Under the pieces are notes generated by a model. That model was not told the DNA's origin. It ran no database searches and saw only the letters and a list, made by a program, of their open reading frames with translations. DNA of 64,000 bases from Okamejei kenojei (Eukaryota), in assembly GCA_035221665.1 (NCBI GenBank), contig CM069132.1:163742001-163806000 (forward strand), read 5' to 3'. Both the position numbers and the translations under genes were made by a program. Each line of letters opens with the position of its first letter. The first letter of the stretch is position 1. Shown piece after piece: positions 26,451 through 37,401 of this stretch.

Positions 26451-28960
26451 GAAGAAGAGGAGGCAGTTAGGGACGCAACAATAACCCTCCTGAACTTTCT
26501 GGGGGAAAAGGGGTTGAGAGTGTCTAAAAGTAAATTACAGTTTGTAGAACGAGAAGTTAAATATCTAGGACACCTGATAAGCGATGGGAAAAGGAGAATA
26601 AACCCGGAAAGGATAGCGGGAATTACCGGACTGCCAATGCCGAAGAATAAGAAGGAGATTAGGAAGTTTCTTGGACTGATTGGATATTGTAGATTATGGA
26701 TAGATGATTATACCCGACAGGTTAGGTTTCTATATGATAAATTAGGTGAAGAAAACGACAAAGTAAAGTGGGAATCCGGGGACGAACACCAGTTTAGGAA
26801 ACTAAAGAACAGTTTAATCACTGCCCCTGTACTGGCTCTCCTGTCTATTGACCAGCCATTCCATCTTTTTGTGAATGCAGAAAATGGAATTGCGCTGGGA
26901 GTACTAACCCAAGAGAAAGGAGGGAAGCGGCAGCCCGTCGCGTTCCTCTCCAAACTCTTGGATCCAGTATCGCGGGGATGGCCAGTATGTATTCGAGCGG
27001 TAGCGGCAACAGCAGTGTTAGTGGAGGAAAGTAGGAAATTGACGTTTGGAGGAACTCTGGTGGTGTCCACTCCCCACACGGTCCGGACGATACTAACTCA
27101 GAAGTCCAGTCGGTGGTTGACGGATTCTAGAATCTTGAAGTATGAGGTTATACTTATGGAAAAGAATGATTTGACCATAGTAACGGATAAAAACCTAAAT
27201 CCCTCTCAGTTTTTGTACTCGGCAGGTGCTGAGCAGGAAGGGGAGTTCCCAGAACATGATTGTAGTGAGATAATAGAACTTCAGACAAAGAGTAGGGAAG
27301 ATTTAGAAGAACGACCGCTTGAGACAGGGGAAAGATGGTTTATTGATGGTTCTTCCCGATGCATAGACGGAAAAAGGTATAGTGGGTATGCTATAATAAC
27401 CGGAGAAGGGTTTGAAAAAGTGGAAGCAGGCAGGTTACCAGGAAGTTGGTCCGCGCAAACGTGTGAACTGTATGCATTACTGAGGGCATTGGAACTATTG
27501 AAAGGGAAAGAAGGAACTGTGTATACGGACTCCAAGTATGCCTTTGGGGTGGTACACACCTTTGGGAAAATCTGGAAAGAAAGAGGGATGATTACAGCTA
27601 GAGGAAAAGAGTTGGCTCATGAGCAGTTAATTGAAAAAGCTTTGGAAGCACTAAATTTGCCAGAAAGAATAGCGGTGGTCCATGTAGCAGGCCACCAGAG
27701 AGGGAATTCGCTGGAAGCTAGAGGGAACAGGGCAGTCGATAGTGCCGCTAAGACAGCAGCGACAGAAGGAACGGTAAAAATGCTGTCTCTGATACCGTTG
27801 AGAGAGGGAATAGAGAAGATACCTGTATTCTCGCGGGAGGAGGAAGATAAAATGAATGAGTTGGGTGCCCGGCGCTCCACGGACGGGAAGTGGTGGACGC
27901 CGGACGAAAAACAAATAATTACTAAAGGATTGACGAGGGATTTGATTAAACAACTACATTTGCAATCGCACTGGGGAGCTCAGGCTCTGTGCGACACGAT
28001 ACTACGGACTTATGCCTGTAGAGGCATTTATACTTTAGCCAAGCAGGCAGTGTCTGGTTGTGTAGTGTGTCAAAGGGTGAATAAGAAGGTAATGAGAGCT
28101 GTCCCAGGGGGAGGACAACAATTGGCCATTAGACCCTTCCAGAGAATACAGGTGGACTTCACAGAACTACCAAAAATACAGCAGTGGAAATATCTTCTGG
28201 TTATAGTGGATCACTTCACCAGGTGGGTAGAGGCATTTCCACAGTAAATGCCACTGCCCAGGTGGTCACTAAGATACTGCTGGAACAAATCATCCCACGG
28301 TATGGAGTCATTGAATCCATAGATTCAGATCGAGGAACACATTTTGCTTCCAAGGTGCACCTATTAATTTGTCGCGCCTTGGGAATAAACTGGAAGCTGC
28401 ATACTCCATGGCACCCCCAGAGTTCGGGGAGAGTGGAGCGGATGAATGCCACTCTAAAAATTCAGATAACTAAATTAATGGAGGAGACAGGGTTACCCTG
28501 GACTAAATGTCTACCAATTGCTTTATTGCGAATACGGACGGCACCACGATATTGCGGTGTCTCCCTATGAAATGTTGTTTGGATTGCCTTATTTTGGGAA
28601 GAAGGAAGGCACACCAACCTTTGAGGGAGGTGATGTGTTCTTGAGGAACTATTTACTGGCAGTGTCTCGTTCCCTTACAGAATTAAAAGCTAAAGGATTA
28701 TTGGCTCAAAGCCCACCACTCGACTTTCCAATACATGCTGTAAAGGCCGGCGTCTGGGTACTGGTCAAGAATTGGAAGGAGGAGAAACTCCAGCCCAGGT
28801 GGACCGGACCGTACCTAGTATTACTGACAACCGAGACAGCAATACGAACAAAAGAAAAAGGGTGGACCCACGCGATCCGGGTTAAAGGACCCATCGATCC
28901 ACCCGTTCCTGATGAGGAGGAACAGTGGATGGTGAAGCCAGGAAGCAAACCCCTAACAGT
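26451..28960 (+). pseudogene. pol: ERV pol, C-terminal part (RT thumb/connection, RNase H, integrase), frameshifted
   Basis: ORF 26514-28247 has VKYLGH, WFIDGSS, YTDSKYAF, a zinc-finger-like region and QVDFTEL. ORF 28184-28570 has SDRGTHF and PQSSGRVERMN. ORF 28518 onward has PRWTGPYLVLL. The YxDD motif is absent. Confidence 0.92.
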
Positions 28961-28997
28961 AATTTTTTTAAAAAGCATTGAATGTATAACTGACAGT

Positions 28998-30147
28998 ATG
29001 AAAGGAGCAGTCGTGGTATTGTTTGCTTTGTATGTAATTGTGGTAAAAGGTATTAATAATTGTGATAAATGTTATCATCCTATCCAATACAGAGGGCGGA
29101 CAACCAAATCATTTACCTATCATTCCCATGTAAACAATGTATGCCATAACCAGAAGACTAGAACCATTTGTGAAGAGGGGGGAAAGGAGTATTTGATGGT
29201 AGGCCTATAGGGGGTATATAGGGAAGTTTGGGCCCGTTACCTGCCCAAGGGGAGAGAGATGGGTTTGTGTACAGTTAGTTTTCCCTTCTCAGATCGTACA
29301 ATGGGCAATAGATAAGATGAAGGAGGAAGTAATAAAAGAGGTTACAGAAGTAGTAGTCACTAAGCCTCCCCCTCCCCCACCTACTCAGCCTCAAGTGCAC
29401 CAGACACTGTACAAAGAGATAAAGAAGCAGATCGAGATCCCTGAAGGAGAAAAAACCTGTTTGTGGACTTGGCCCTCCGGATAGCTGGAATCCTGAATGT
29501 GACTAACTGTTGGGTCTGCGGAGGACCACTGATGAGTTCACGTTGGCCGTGGAGGGGATCCATTGTTGAAGTATGGGACCTGATGGGGTGGAACCTGACA
29601 GTTGGACAAGACCGAGATCCCCAGGTATGGGTCCTGACAGACGCTCCGGTCGGGACTGAGTGTATCGCTAGGCCCTGGGCAAAGGATGCTGTCCTAGTAG
29701 GCAGCAGCCCCTGCCAGCGCATTGTCACCCAGTGGCCAAATCAGTCCCGAGTGTGGTGGCCAGAGGAGCCTAAATGGTATCTAACTAAGAAATATGGGAA
29801 AAACTGCGCTATCTGGATGAAGACCGATGGAAGTGGAATTCGATCATGGGAACCCAATGGTGGGATTCCATCCTCGGAGGAACATGGTGGAGAACGGTGG
29901 GACTCGTGTTTCTATGTGCAGTGGAATCGACTGGACTGATCTTTATCCCTTATTGCATCCCTTGTTTAGGGAACTTATTACCAGAAGTATAAGTCAGATG
30001 CAGGCTGTTGTCATGCCTATGGGAGAGAAAGGGGAAATACAGAAAATAATGATAATGCGGCCAGGGGAGGTTCATGATTTACAGGAAGAGAAGGTTAGGA
30101 CAATGTTACGTCAGTTCGAGTTGAGGGAACTTGAAATGAGGGTTTAA
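28998..30147 (+). pseudogene. env: ERV env remnant (signal peptide, partial SU, C-terminal tail; TM ectodomain missing)
   Basis: Hydrophobic start MKGAVVVLFALYVIVV, and NLFVDLALRIAGILNVTNCWVCGG containing the CXXC motif. No furin site, ISD or CX6CC seen. Contains stops and frameshifts. Confidence 0.8.
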
Positions 30148-31424
30148 TCAGTGTATGCGTAGCAAAAGAAAAAGGGAGGATTGTGAGGGATAAAGTGATT
30201 AAACCCCATTAAAGTAAGGAGTTTTAAAGAGAATCCGAACTGAGAGGGGCTGGAGAGAGGATTCTGACACAGCTGTGTCTGAAGGTTGCCAGACCCATCC
30301 TTGAGTCCTTGAGTAAGAAGTAATAGCATTGTATAGCGGTAGAAGGGAGTGATGTAGAGAGATCCCTATCAGTGGAATGGAGTGATAGATGGGACCCTTG
30401 CACTATAGCTTAGCTTTAGTACTGATATAGGAGAACTGAGAGGGTTCACTAGGAGGTGAGTAAAACTAGGGTAGGTCATGAGCAACTGAGCATGCTTAAT
30501 AGAATAAATGAATATTACAACACACCCCTGGTCAAGAAACTGCTCATTACCATGAACATGTTTGAACATACAATGTATGATATGGGAGGTGCGAGGGGAT
30601 GTACGGTGGGATGTACCTACAGATTGTGCACCTCAGATCCTGATTGGAGAAGGGTCCGGAGGGGAGGTTGAATGTAAAATTCTGTGTGTAAAGGGGGATG
30701 ACTTCTTTGGCTTCGGTGTGTCTCGATTTGGAGAGGCACCCGGTTCTGCAGAGTCGAGAGGAATAAAGAACTCTTGCTTCCAAGATTTAGTCTTTGAGCA
30801 AGAGTTTAATTGTGAGCACAAAGCGTATCTCACAATAGGATTGAGGTCAGAGGGCAGTAGACGTGCGGGGCAGGACCTACACCCAGAGAGTGACAGTTAT
30901 CTGGACTGTATCCAAGACTGTTGGTGAAACCAGATGAAATAAGTACGCTTAGGAGATGTGCCTATAGAATGTGTTGACAAGAATCATATGCATGCATAAA
31001 TAATTAGTTTAATGTGGTATTGTGTTTGACACAGCTGTCGTGGTGAGGGGTGGGGGGGAGGCAAGGTGAGGGGGGTGGGAGGGGTGGGAAGGGGAGTGGG
31101 GGCGGGAAGGTGAGGTGTGGGGGGGGAGGAAGGGGAGCGGTGGGGGGGCGGGGAGGGGAAGGAACCTGCAGTTCCTTGTGTCCACATTCCCAGTGGCTTG
31201 GAATGGACAGAGTTGTGGGTGTGGCCGATCATGGCAAGAATTGGTACTGGCTCGAAGGGCCGAACGGCCTACTCCTGCACCTATTGTCTAAACTTTTACT
31301 GTGTATGTTGCTGATGTATCTTCTGCTGTTCCTTGTTCCTCCTCTCCCACTCTTTCTCCCACTCTTTCTCCCCCCCCACCCCCCTCTCTCCCCCCTCTCT
31401 CTCCCCCCTCTTTTTCCCCCTCTT

Positions 31425-31605
31425 TCAGAGGGCGGTGAAGGCCGGTTCTCTGGATACTTTCAAGAGAGAGCTAGATAGGGCTCTTGAAGATAGCGGAGTC
31501 AGGGGATATGGGGAGAAGGCAGGAACGGGGTACTGATTGGGGATGATCAGCCATGATCACATTGCTCGAAGGGCCGAATGGCCTACTCCTGCACCTATTG
31601 TCTAT
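31425..31605 (+). mobile_element. CR1 3' end fragment
   Basis: FKRELDRAL...GYGEKAGTGY followed by the CR1 3' UTR (GATCAGCCATGATC...GGCCTACTCCTGCACCT). Confidence 0.8.
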
Positions 31606-31749
31606 TGGGCTTTTGGAATCCACACAGACCATCGGTCGCCGTTCACACTAGTTCAACGTTCTATTCTAATCATGTGATAGGAGCAGAATTAGGCCATTCG
31701 GCCCATGAAGTCTACTCTGCCATTCAATCCCACTTTCTCATCCACTCCC

Positions 31750-32991
31750 TGAGTTTGAGAGTTTGAGAGTTTGAGTGTTTGAGAGTTTGAGTTTGAGAGT
31801 TTGAGTTTGAGGTTGTGAGTTTGAGAGTTTGAGTTTGAGAGTTTGAGTTTGAGAGTTTGAGTTTGAGTTTGAGAGTTTGAGAGTGTGAGTTTGAGAGTTT
31901 GAGTTTGAGAGTGTGAGTTTGAGAGTATGAGAGTTTGAGTTTGAATTTGAGAGTTTGAGTTTGAGAGTTTGAGAGTGAGAGTTTGAGAGTTTGAGAGTTT
32001 GAGTTTGAGAGTTTGAGAGTTTGAGAGTTTGAGGATTTGAGTTTGAGATTTGAAAGTTTGAATTTGAGAGTTTGAGTTTGAGAGTTTGACAGTTTGAGAG
32101 TTTGAGAGTTTGAGAGTATGAGAGTTTGTGTTTGACAGTTTGTGTTTGAGAGTTTGAGTTTGAGAGTTTGAAGTTTGAGTTTGAGAGTTTGAGTTTGAGA
32201 GTTTGAGAGTTTGAGAGATTGAAACCTAACCAAGTCACCTTGCAGCCTCCTAGCATCCTCCTCACAGCTAACACTGCCCCCCAGCTCCGTGTCATCCGCA
32301 AACTTGGAGATGTTGCATTCAATTTCCTCGACCAGATCATTAATATATATTGTAAATAGCTGGGGTCCCAGCACCGTGCCTAGCGATACCCCACTAGTCA
32401 CTGCCTGCCATTCTGAAAACGACCCGTTTACTCCTACTCTTTGCTTCCTTTCTGCCAGCCAGTTCTCTATCCAGGTCAATACTGAACCCCTAATGCCGTA
32501 TGCTTTAAGTTTGTATACTAATCTCTTATGTGGGACCTTGTCGAAAGCCTTCTGGAAGTCCAGATATACCACATCCACTGGTTCTCCCTTATCCACGCTA
32601 TTAGTTACATTCTCGAAAAATTCCACAAGATTCGTCAGACATGATTTACCTTTCGTAAATCCATGGTGAGTTTGTTTGAGTTTGAGAGTTTGAGAGTTTG
32701 GGTTTGAGAGATTGAGTGTTTGAGTTTGAGAGTTTGAGTTTGAGATTGAGAGTTTGAGTTTGAGATTTTGAGTTTGAGAGTTTGAGTTTGAGGTTGTGAG
32801 TTTGAGAGTGTGAGTTTGATAGTTTGAGTTTGAGAGTGTGAGTTTGAGAGTATGAGAGTTTAAGTTTGAGTTTGAGAGTTTGATTTTGAGAGTTTGAGTT
32901 TGAGAGTTTGACAGTTTGAGACTTTGAGAGTTTGAGTATGAGAGTTTGTGTTTGAGAGTTTGAGTTTGAGAGTTTGAGAGTTTGAGAGAAT
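31750..32991. repeat. Two GAGTTT/GAGAGTTT satellite blocks (~31750-32220 and ~32668-32991) alternating with CR1 RT fragments
   Basis: Same units as 2351-7027. Confidence 0.92.
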
Positions 32992-33365
32992 GAAACCTAT
33001 CCGTCACCTTGCAGCCTCCTAGCATCCTCCTCACAGCTAACACTGCCCCCCAGCTCCGTGTCATCCGCAAACTTGGAGATGTTGCATTCAATTTCCTCGA
33101 CCAGATCATTAATATATATTGTAAATAGCTGGGGTCACAGCACCGAGCCTAGCAATACCCCACTAGTCACTGCCTGTCATTCTGAAAACGACCCGTTTAC
33201 ACCTACTCTTTGCTTCCTGTCTGCCAGCCAGTTCGCTATCCGCATCAATACTGAACCCCCAATACCGTGTGCTTTAAGTTTGCATACTAATCTCTTATGT
33301 GGGACCTTGTCGACTGCCTTCTGAAAGTCCAGATATAACACATCATCTGGTTCTCCCTTATCCAC
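32222..33365 (-). mobile_element. Two CR1 RT fragments (32222-32667, 32992-33365) starting at the same element position
   Basis: Both begin GAAACCTA...GTCACCTTGCAGCCTCCTAGCATCC and encode DFQKA.DKVPH and FADDTELGG. Confidence 0.88.
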
Positions 33366-33371
33366 CCCAAA

Positions 33372-33665
33372 CCGCTACAACCACTGCACCAGCCGCTACA
33401 AACCGCTCCTGGGCCTCTGTGTATCAAAGCCCGCTACAACCACTGCACCCGCCACTACAACCGCTCCTGGGCCTCTGTGTATCAAAGCCCGCTACAACCA
33501 CTGCACCAGCCGCTACAACCGCTCCTGGGCCTCTGTGTATCAAAGCCCGCTACAACCACTGCACCAGCCGCTACAACCGCTCCTGGGCCTCTGTGTATCA
33601 AAGCCCCGCCACTGCCCGGACGCTGCACCCGCCGCTACAACCGCTCCTGGGCTTCCAACCGCTCC
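33372..33665. repeat. 58-bp minisatellite, about 5 copies
   Basis: Unit CCGCTACAACCACTGCACCAGCCGCTACAACCGCTCCTGGGCCTCTGTGTATCAAAGC. Confidence 0.9.
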
Positions 33666-33679
33666 TGAACCAGACACCA

Positions 33680-34765
33680 AGCAGCGCTATGCCCAGATCG
33701 AAAAGGAGCTGCTTGCTGTCGTCTTGGCATGTTCCAAGTTCAGAGACTTTATCTTCGGGAATACTTTTACAATTGGAACCGACCACCAACTCTGGTCACC
33801 ATCCTGAACAAACCTATTCACGCAGCACCTGCACGAATGCAGCGCATGATGATGCAGCTCCAGTGTTTTGATTTCCAGATTGTCTACAAAAAGGGCAAAG
33901 ATATGCTCATCGCCGACACTCTCTCTCCAGCGCCACGGGCTACCTGTGAACAACACCCCTTTGAGTGTGACGAGCTTGCTGTATTTAACGTTGACTTCGT
34001 TCCCACGGAACGCCTGCTTCGCCTTGCGGAGCACACAGCTGCTGACAGAACGCTGCAGCTGCTCTCCTCCATTATCAAAAGGGGCTGGCCTACTGATCCA
34101 GCACACCACTAGAGGTACAGCCATTCTTAGTTCGCGATGAACTGGTGATACAAGACGGGATCGTCGTCAAGGGCCACAACGTTGTGATTCCCTCATCCCT
34201 GCGAGATGAATACTACAAAGATGTCCACAGCGGCCACCGAGGAACTGAGGCCACGATCGCCCGTGCCCAAAGCCTGTTTTATTGGCCAAGAATGGTCAAA
34301 TACATACGTGAAAAAACAGCATCCCGCTCCACTTGCAACAGCTTGGCACCCCACCAACAGGAGGGTTGTTGCCTCTCCTGCAACAACCCACTCCAGCAAA
34401 ACCCTGGACTTCCCTCGCTGCGGACATTTTTGAATGGCACGCCAAACACTACCTAGTTCTAGTCAATTACTATCCCAATTGGTTTGAACTTGATCTGCTA
34501 CCTACCATTACGTCTGAGATGGTGATACAAAAGCTTCAGAGACACTTTTTGTGTTCGGGGTACCGGTTCGATTGCAAACTGACAACAGAAGACAATTTAC
34601 CAGCCAAGCATTTAAAAACATTACAAGACAATGGAATTTTCAGCATGTCACCAGCAGCCCCGAATACCCTCAATCCAACGGCCTCACGGAGCGTGCTGTC
34701 AGGAGCGCAAAGCAGCTAATGGAACATTCACATCTTGCCAAATCCAATATCTACCTAGATCTTAA
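33680..34765 (+). mobile_element. Gypsy RNase H/integrase fragment, same family as 18978-22187
   Basis: QRYAQIEKELLAVV, TDNRRQF and PQSNGLTERAV, with clear nucleotide similarity to 19860-21270. Confidence 0.88.
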
Positions 34766-35020
34766 TTTCATTCAGTTCTCCTAATTTTTAAGAATGTTAT
34801 GGGCTTTTGACGGTTCTCGATCACAGCTTTTGTGTTAAGTTAATGGAAAAGCAATAGGGAACAAGATGCTAATTTTGAGTATGAAAATGGCCATAACCTT
34901 TTTAATACTGAAGATATGAACGTGAATTAGGTGTCAAATTAAACTTATTTTTATGCTTTATCTGATAGAATAAATTGCAGACTTGATTTTTTAATCTCAA
35001 AATTTTGTAACATTGCTATG

Positions 35021-36721
35021 AGATGACAACTGATTCATGTTGTCCCGGTGTGCTCCCGTTTTTCCCACCATCTTTCCACCTGGCATCACCCCCCACCCCC
35101 CAACCATTCAGTAATTCAGAAAGAAGGAGACTTGGAAGCCTTGGACAAATTGAATTGTTACTTTATTTATTTTTATTTTTATTTTTACAGAGAGAACAAT
35201 CTGCGCATGCGCGGTTTAAGATTTTTTAAAAGCCGACTGACTGTCACGTTACTCACGACACGTGCCTGAATATGACTCATTTATAATTATATATTTATAT
35301 TTCTATGAAAATTGTTCCTAATTGGGCCCCGCACCTCCTAAGCAGGCACGTGCCGTGAGTAATTACTCAGGGTAGGCAGTCAGTCGGCTTTAAAAAACAT
35401 TTAAACCGTGCATCCGCAGATTGTTCTCTCCGTAAAAATAAAAATAAAAATAAAAACAGTAACAATTCAATTTGCCCAAGGCTTCCTAGTCTCTTTCTTT
35501 CTGAATTACTGAATGGGGTGGGGGGTGAAGGGTGATGGCAGGTGGACAGATGGTGGGAAAAACGGGAATACAGGGAAAAGTTGAGCCAGTTGTCATCTAA
35601 TTGAATGACAACACTTGTTCAAGGGACCAATTGGGGGGAGAGTTCCTTTCACAGCGTGTGGAGAGTCTGTGCCAGGGGTAAAGTTGTGGGGAGGGCAGGA
35701 GTGTTGGGTCGGGGATAATGCCAGTAACTCACTCACTCACCGCTGCCGCAGCTCTCCGGGCGCGAAGCCACGCACTGTAGCCGGGGATAGAAGCAGCTCG
35801 GGGAGCTGCGAGCGGCCGCCGGGACCCGACAGCAGAACTGGCCGCCACTTCAGCGCCTTCTGCCGGCCCGCTCACCTCTGGCAGTGCTCTCCGTCTGAAC
35901 ACCTCTCACCTGCCGCTCGCTCATATCAGTGGTTTCCTGCAAATCCTTAAATTCCCACAGCCGAGTAACCTCAACCTGACATGAGTGAGGCCAGCGAGCG
36001 GCAGGAGAGGTTTTAGATGGAGATGGTTTTAGAGCTGCCAGAGGTGAGCGGGGGCCGGCAGAAGGAGCTAAGGTGCGGCTGGTTCCACACTCCGGCACAG
36101 CCACCCGAGATACTTCTCCCCCCCCCCCCCCCCCACCCCGGCCTCAATGTGGTGGCATTGCATGCCTCCGTGCAAGGAGCGTCGCAAGTGGCATGCTCCC
36201 GACCCCTCCTTATCAACATTCGTGCCCTCCCCGCAACTTTACCCCGGGCCAGACTCCCCAAACGCTGTGAAAGGAGCTCTCCCCCCACCCCCACACCCCG
36301 GGAAATACAGTATTTAAAAACATAAACACAAAATGTACTTTCAACATTATTGGTACACGAACTCCAATCTTCTCTCTTTGTTTCCTAAGATACACTTAAA
36401 ATAATGACAATCCACATTTGAAAACCCCGCCAAGAAACCAGCGCATGCGTAGTGCGGCAAAGGCAGAATGTCTGCTGCCTTCAGCCCCGCTTGAAAGTGA
36501 CGGCGTGAAGCAGCGCTGACGGCACGTGGGCTGCACAGACCTGCAAGGGTTACAAGCGCTGCGGATGAAAGGCACGGAGAACTATGCCTACCTAAGGGAT
36601 CGGTCTCTTACATAGGCATAATTCTCCCACGCCTTTATTATTTATATTTAGTAATTCCTATGTTATAATTTCAGTCAGGGTAAGCAGTGCCTACCTTGCC
36701 TACCCTGACGGCACGTGCAAC
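35021..36721. mobile_element. hAT-like non-autonomous element (35343-36721) plus an inverted partial copy of its left end (35021-35268)
   Basis: Termini CAGGCACGTGCCG...CAGGGTAGGCA and TGCCTACCCTGACGGCACGTGC. 8-bp TSD CTCCTAAG at 35335-35342 and 36722-36729. A ~250-bp inverted repeat links 35021-35268 and 35343-35598. Confidence 0.65.
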
Positions 36722-36739
36722 CTCCTAAGGCTGGCCCTC

Positions 36740-36925
36740 TGGAGGCCAATTCACTGGATGTTTCCAAGAGAGAGCTAGATATACCGCTTGGGGCTAACGG
36801 AATCAAGGGATATGGGGAGAAAGCAGGAACGGGGTACTGATTGTGGATGATCATATTGAATGGCGGTGCGTGCTCGATAGGCCGAACGGCCTCCTCCTGC
36901 ACCTATTTTCTATGTTTCTATGTTT
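36740..36925 (+). mobile_element. CR1 3' end fragment
   Basis: GGGGAGAAAGCAGGAACGGGGTACTGA followed by 3' UTR and a (TTCTATGT) tail. Confidence 0.8.
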
Positions 36926-36929
36926 TACT

Positions 36930-37400
36930 AATGTGTTCTAAGTAACCTGCGAACCCTGGTCTACCTGCTCTCTGCACCGTGGTATCAATTAACCTGTTCC
37001 ATTCTATATAACTTGCCAGCCTCTGTGCCACTATGCTGAAGAAAATCTTGCCTTCTACATTTAGGAGACAAATAGCCTAAACTGATTTAACTCTGGAGAC
37101 TCTTTCTTCTAGGGAATGAACATTCCCTCTGCTCTACGCCAAACTCTTGGTATGACCTGCTTCTACCAAACTATTCGCTGGAGCATCCGCGAGAATCTAA
37201 GCACATCAGGAGCACTTTTATGTACCCGGTCAGGGACTCCATTCGGCCCCGGTGCCGAAGGAGCCTTTTCACGCCATATTACTGCTTCCACTTCCTTGCA
37301 CTTTGGTGGTAGAACATCTAACTCTATGTCTCCTAAGGTGGTAACTCTGGAGGGAAACACTGGCCCGATATTGGGGCCCATGACGACAGGCCCAGTATTC
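36930..37400 (-). mobile_element. R2/Hero-like (RLE-clade) non-LTR RT fragment
   Basis: The minus strand reads SAPGPNGVP (ORF 37163-37402), then WRRAEGMFIP and CLLNVEGKIFFS. Confidence 0.6.
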
Positions 37401-37401
37401 A

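Larger units (their letters stand above)
24415..30834 (+). mobile_element. Class I (gamma-like) endogenous retrovirus, internally deleted provirus
   Basis: LTRs at 24415-25063 and 30182-30834 (TGTGAG...CTCACA, near identical). 4-bp TSD ATAG. PBS TGGGGGCTCGTCCGGGAT (tRNA-Pro) at 25067-25084. PPT at 30164-30181. gag, pol and env remnants lie between the LTRs. Confidence 0.96.

Noticed and set aside
28998-30147. Captured syncytin-like env
   Set aside because: It contains stops and frameshifts and lacks the TM ectodomain.
31724-33109. 461-aa ORF fusing Ser/Asn/Gln/Thr/Leu/Lys repeats to an RT segment
   Set aside because: The C/A-rich strand of the satellite rarely contains stops, so the ORF is a by-product of satellite plus CR1 fragments. 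It starts out of the RT frame.
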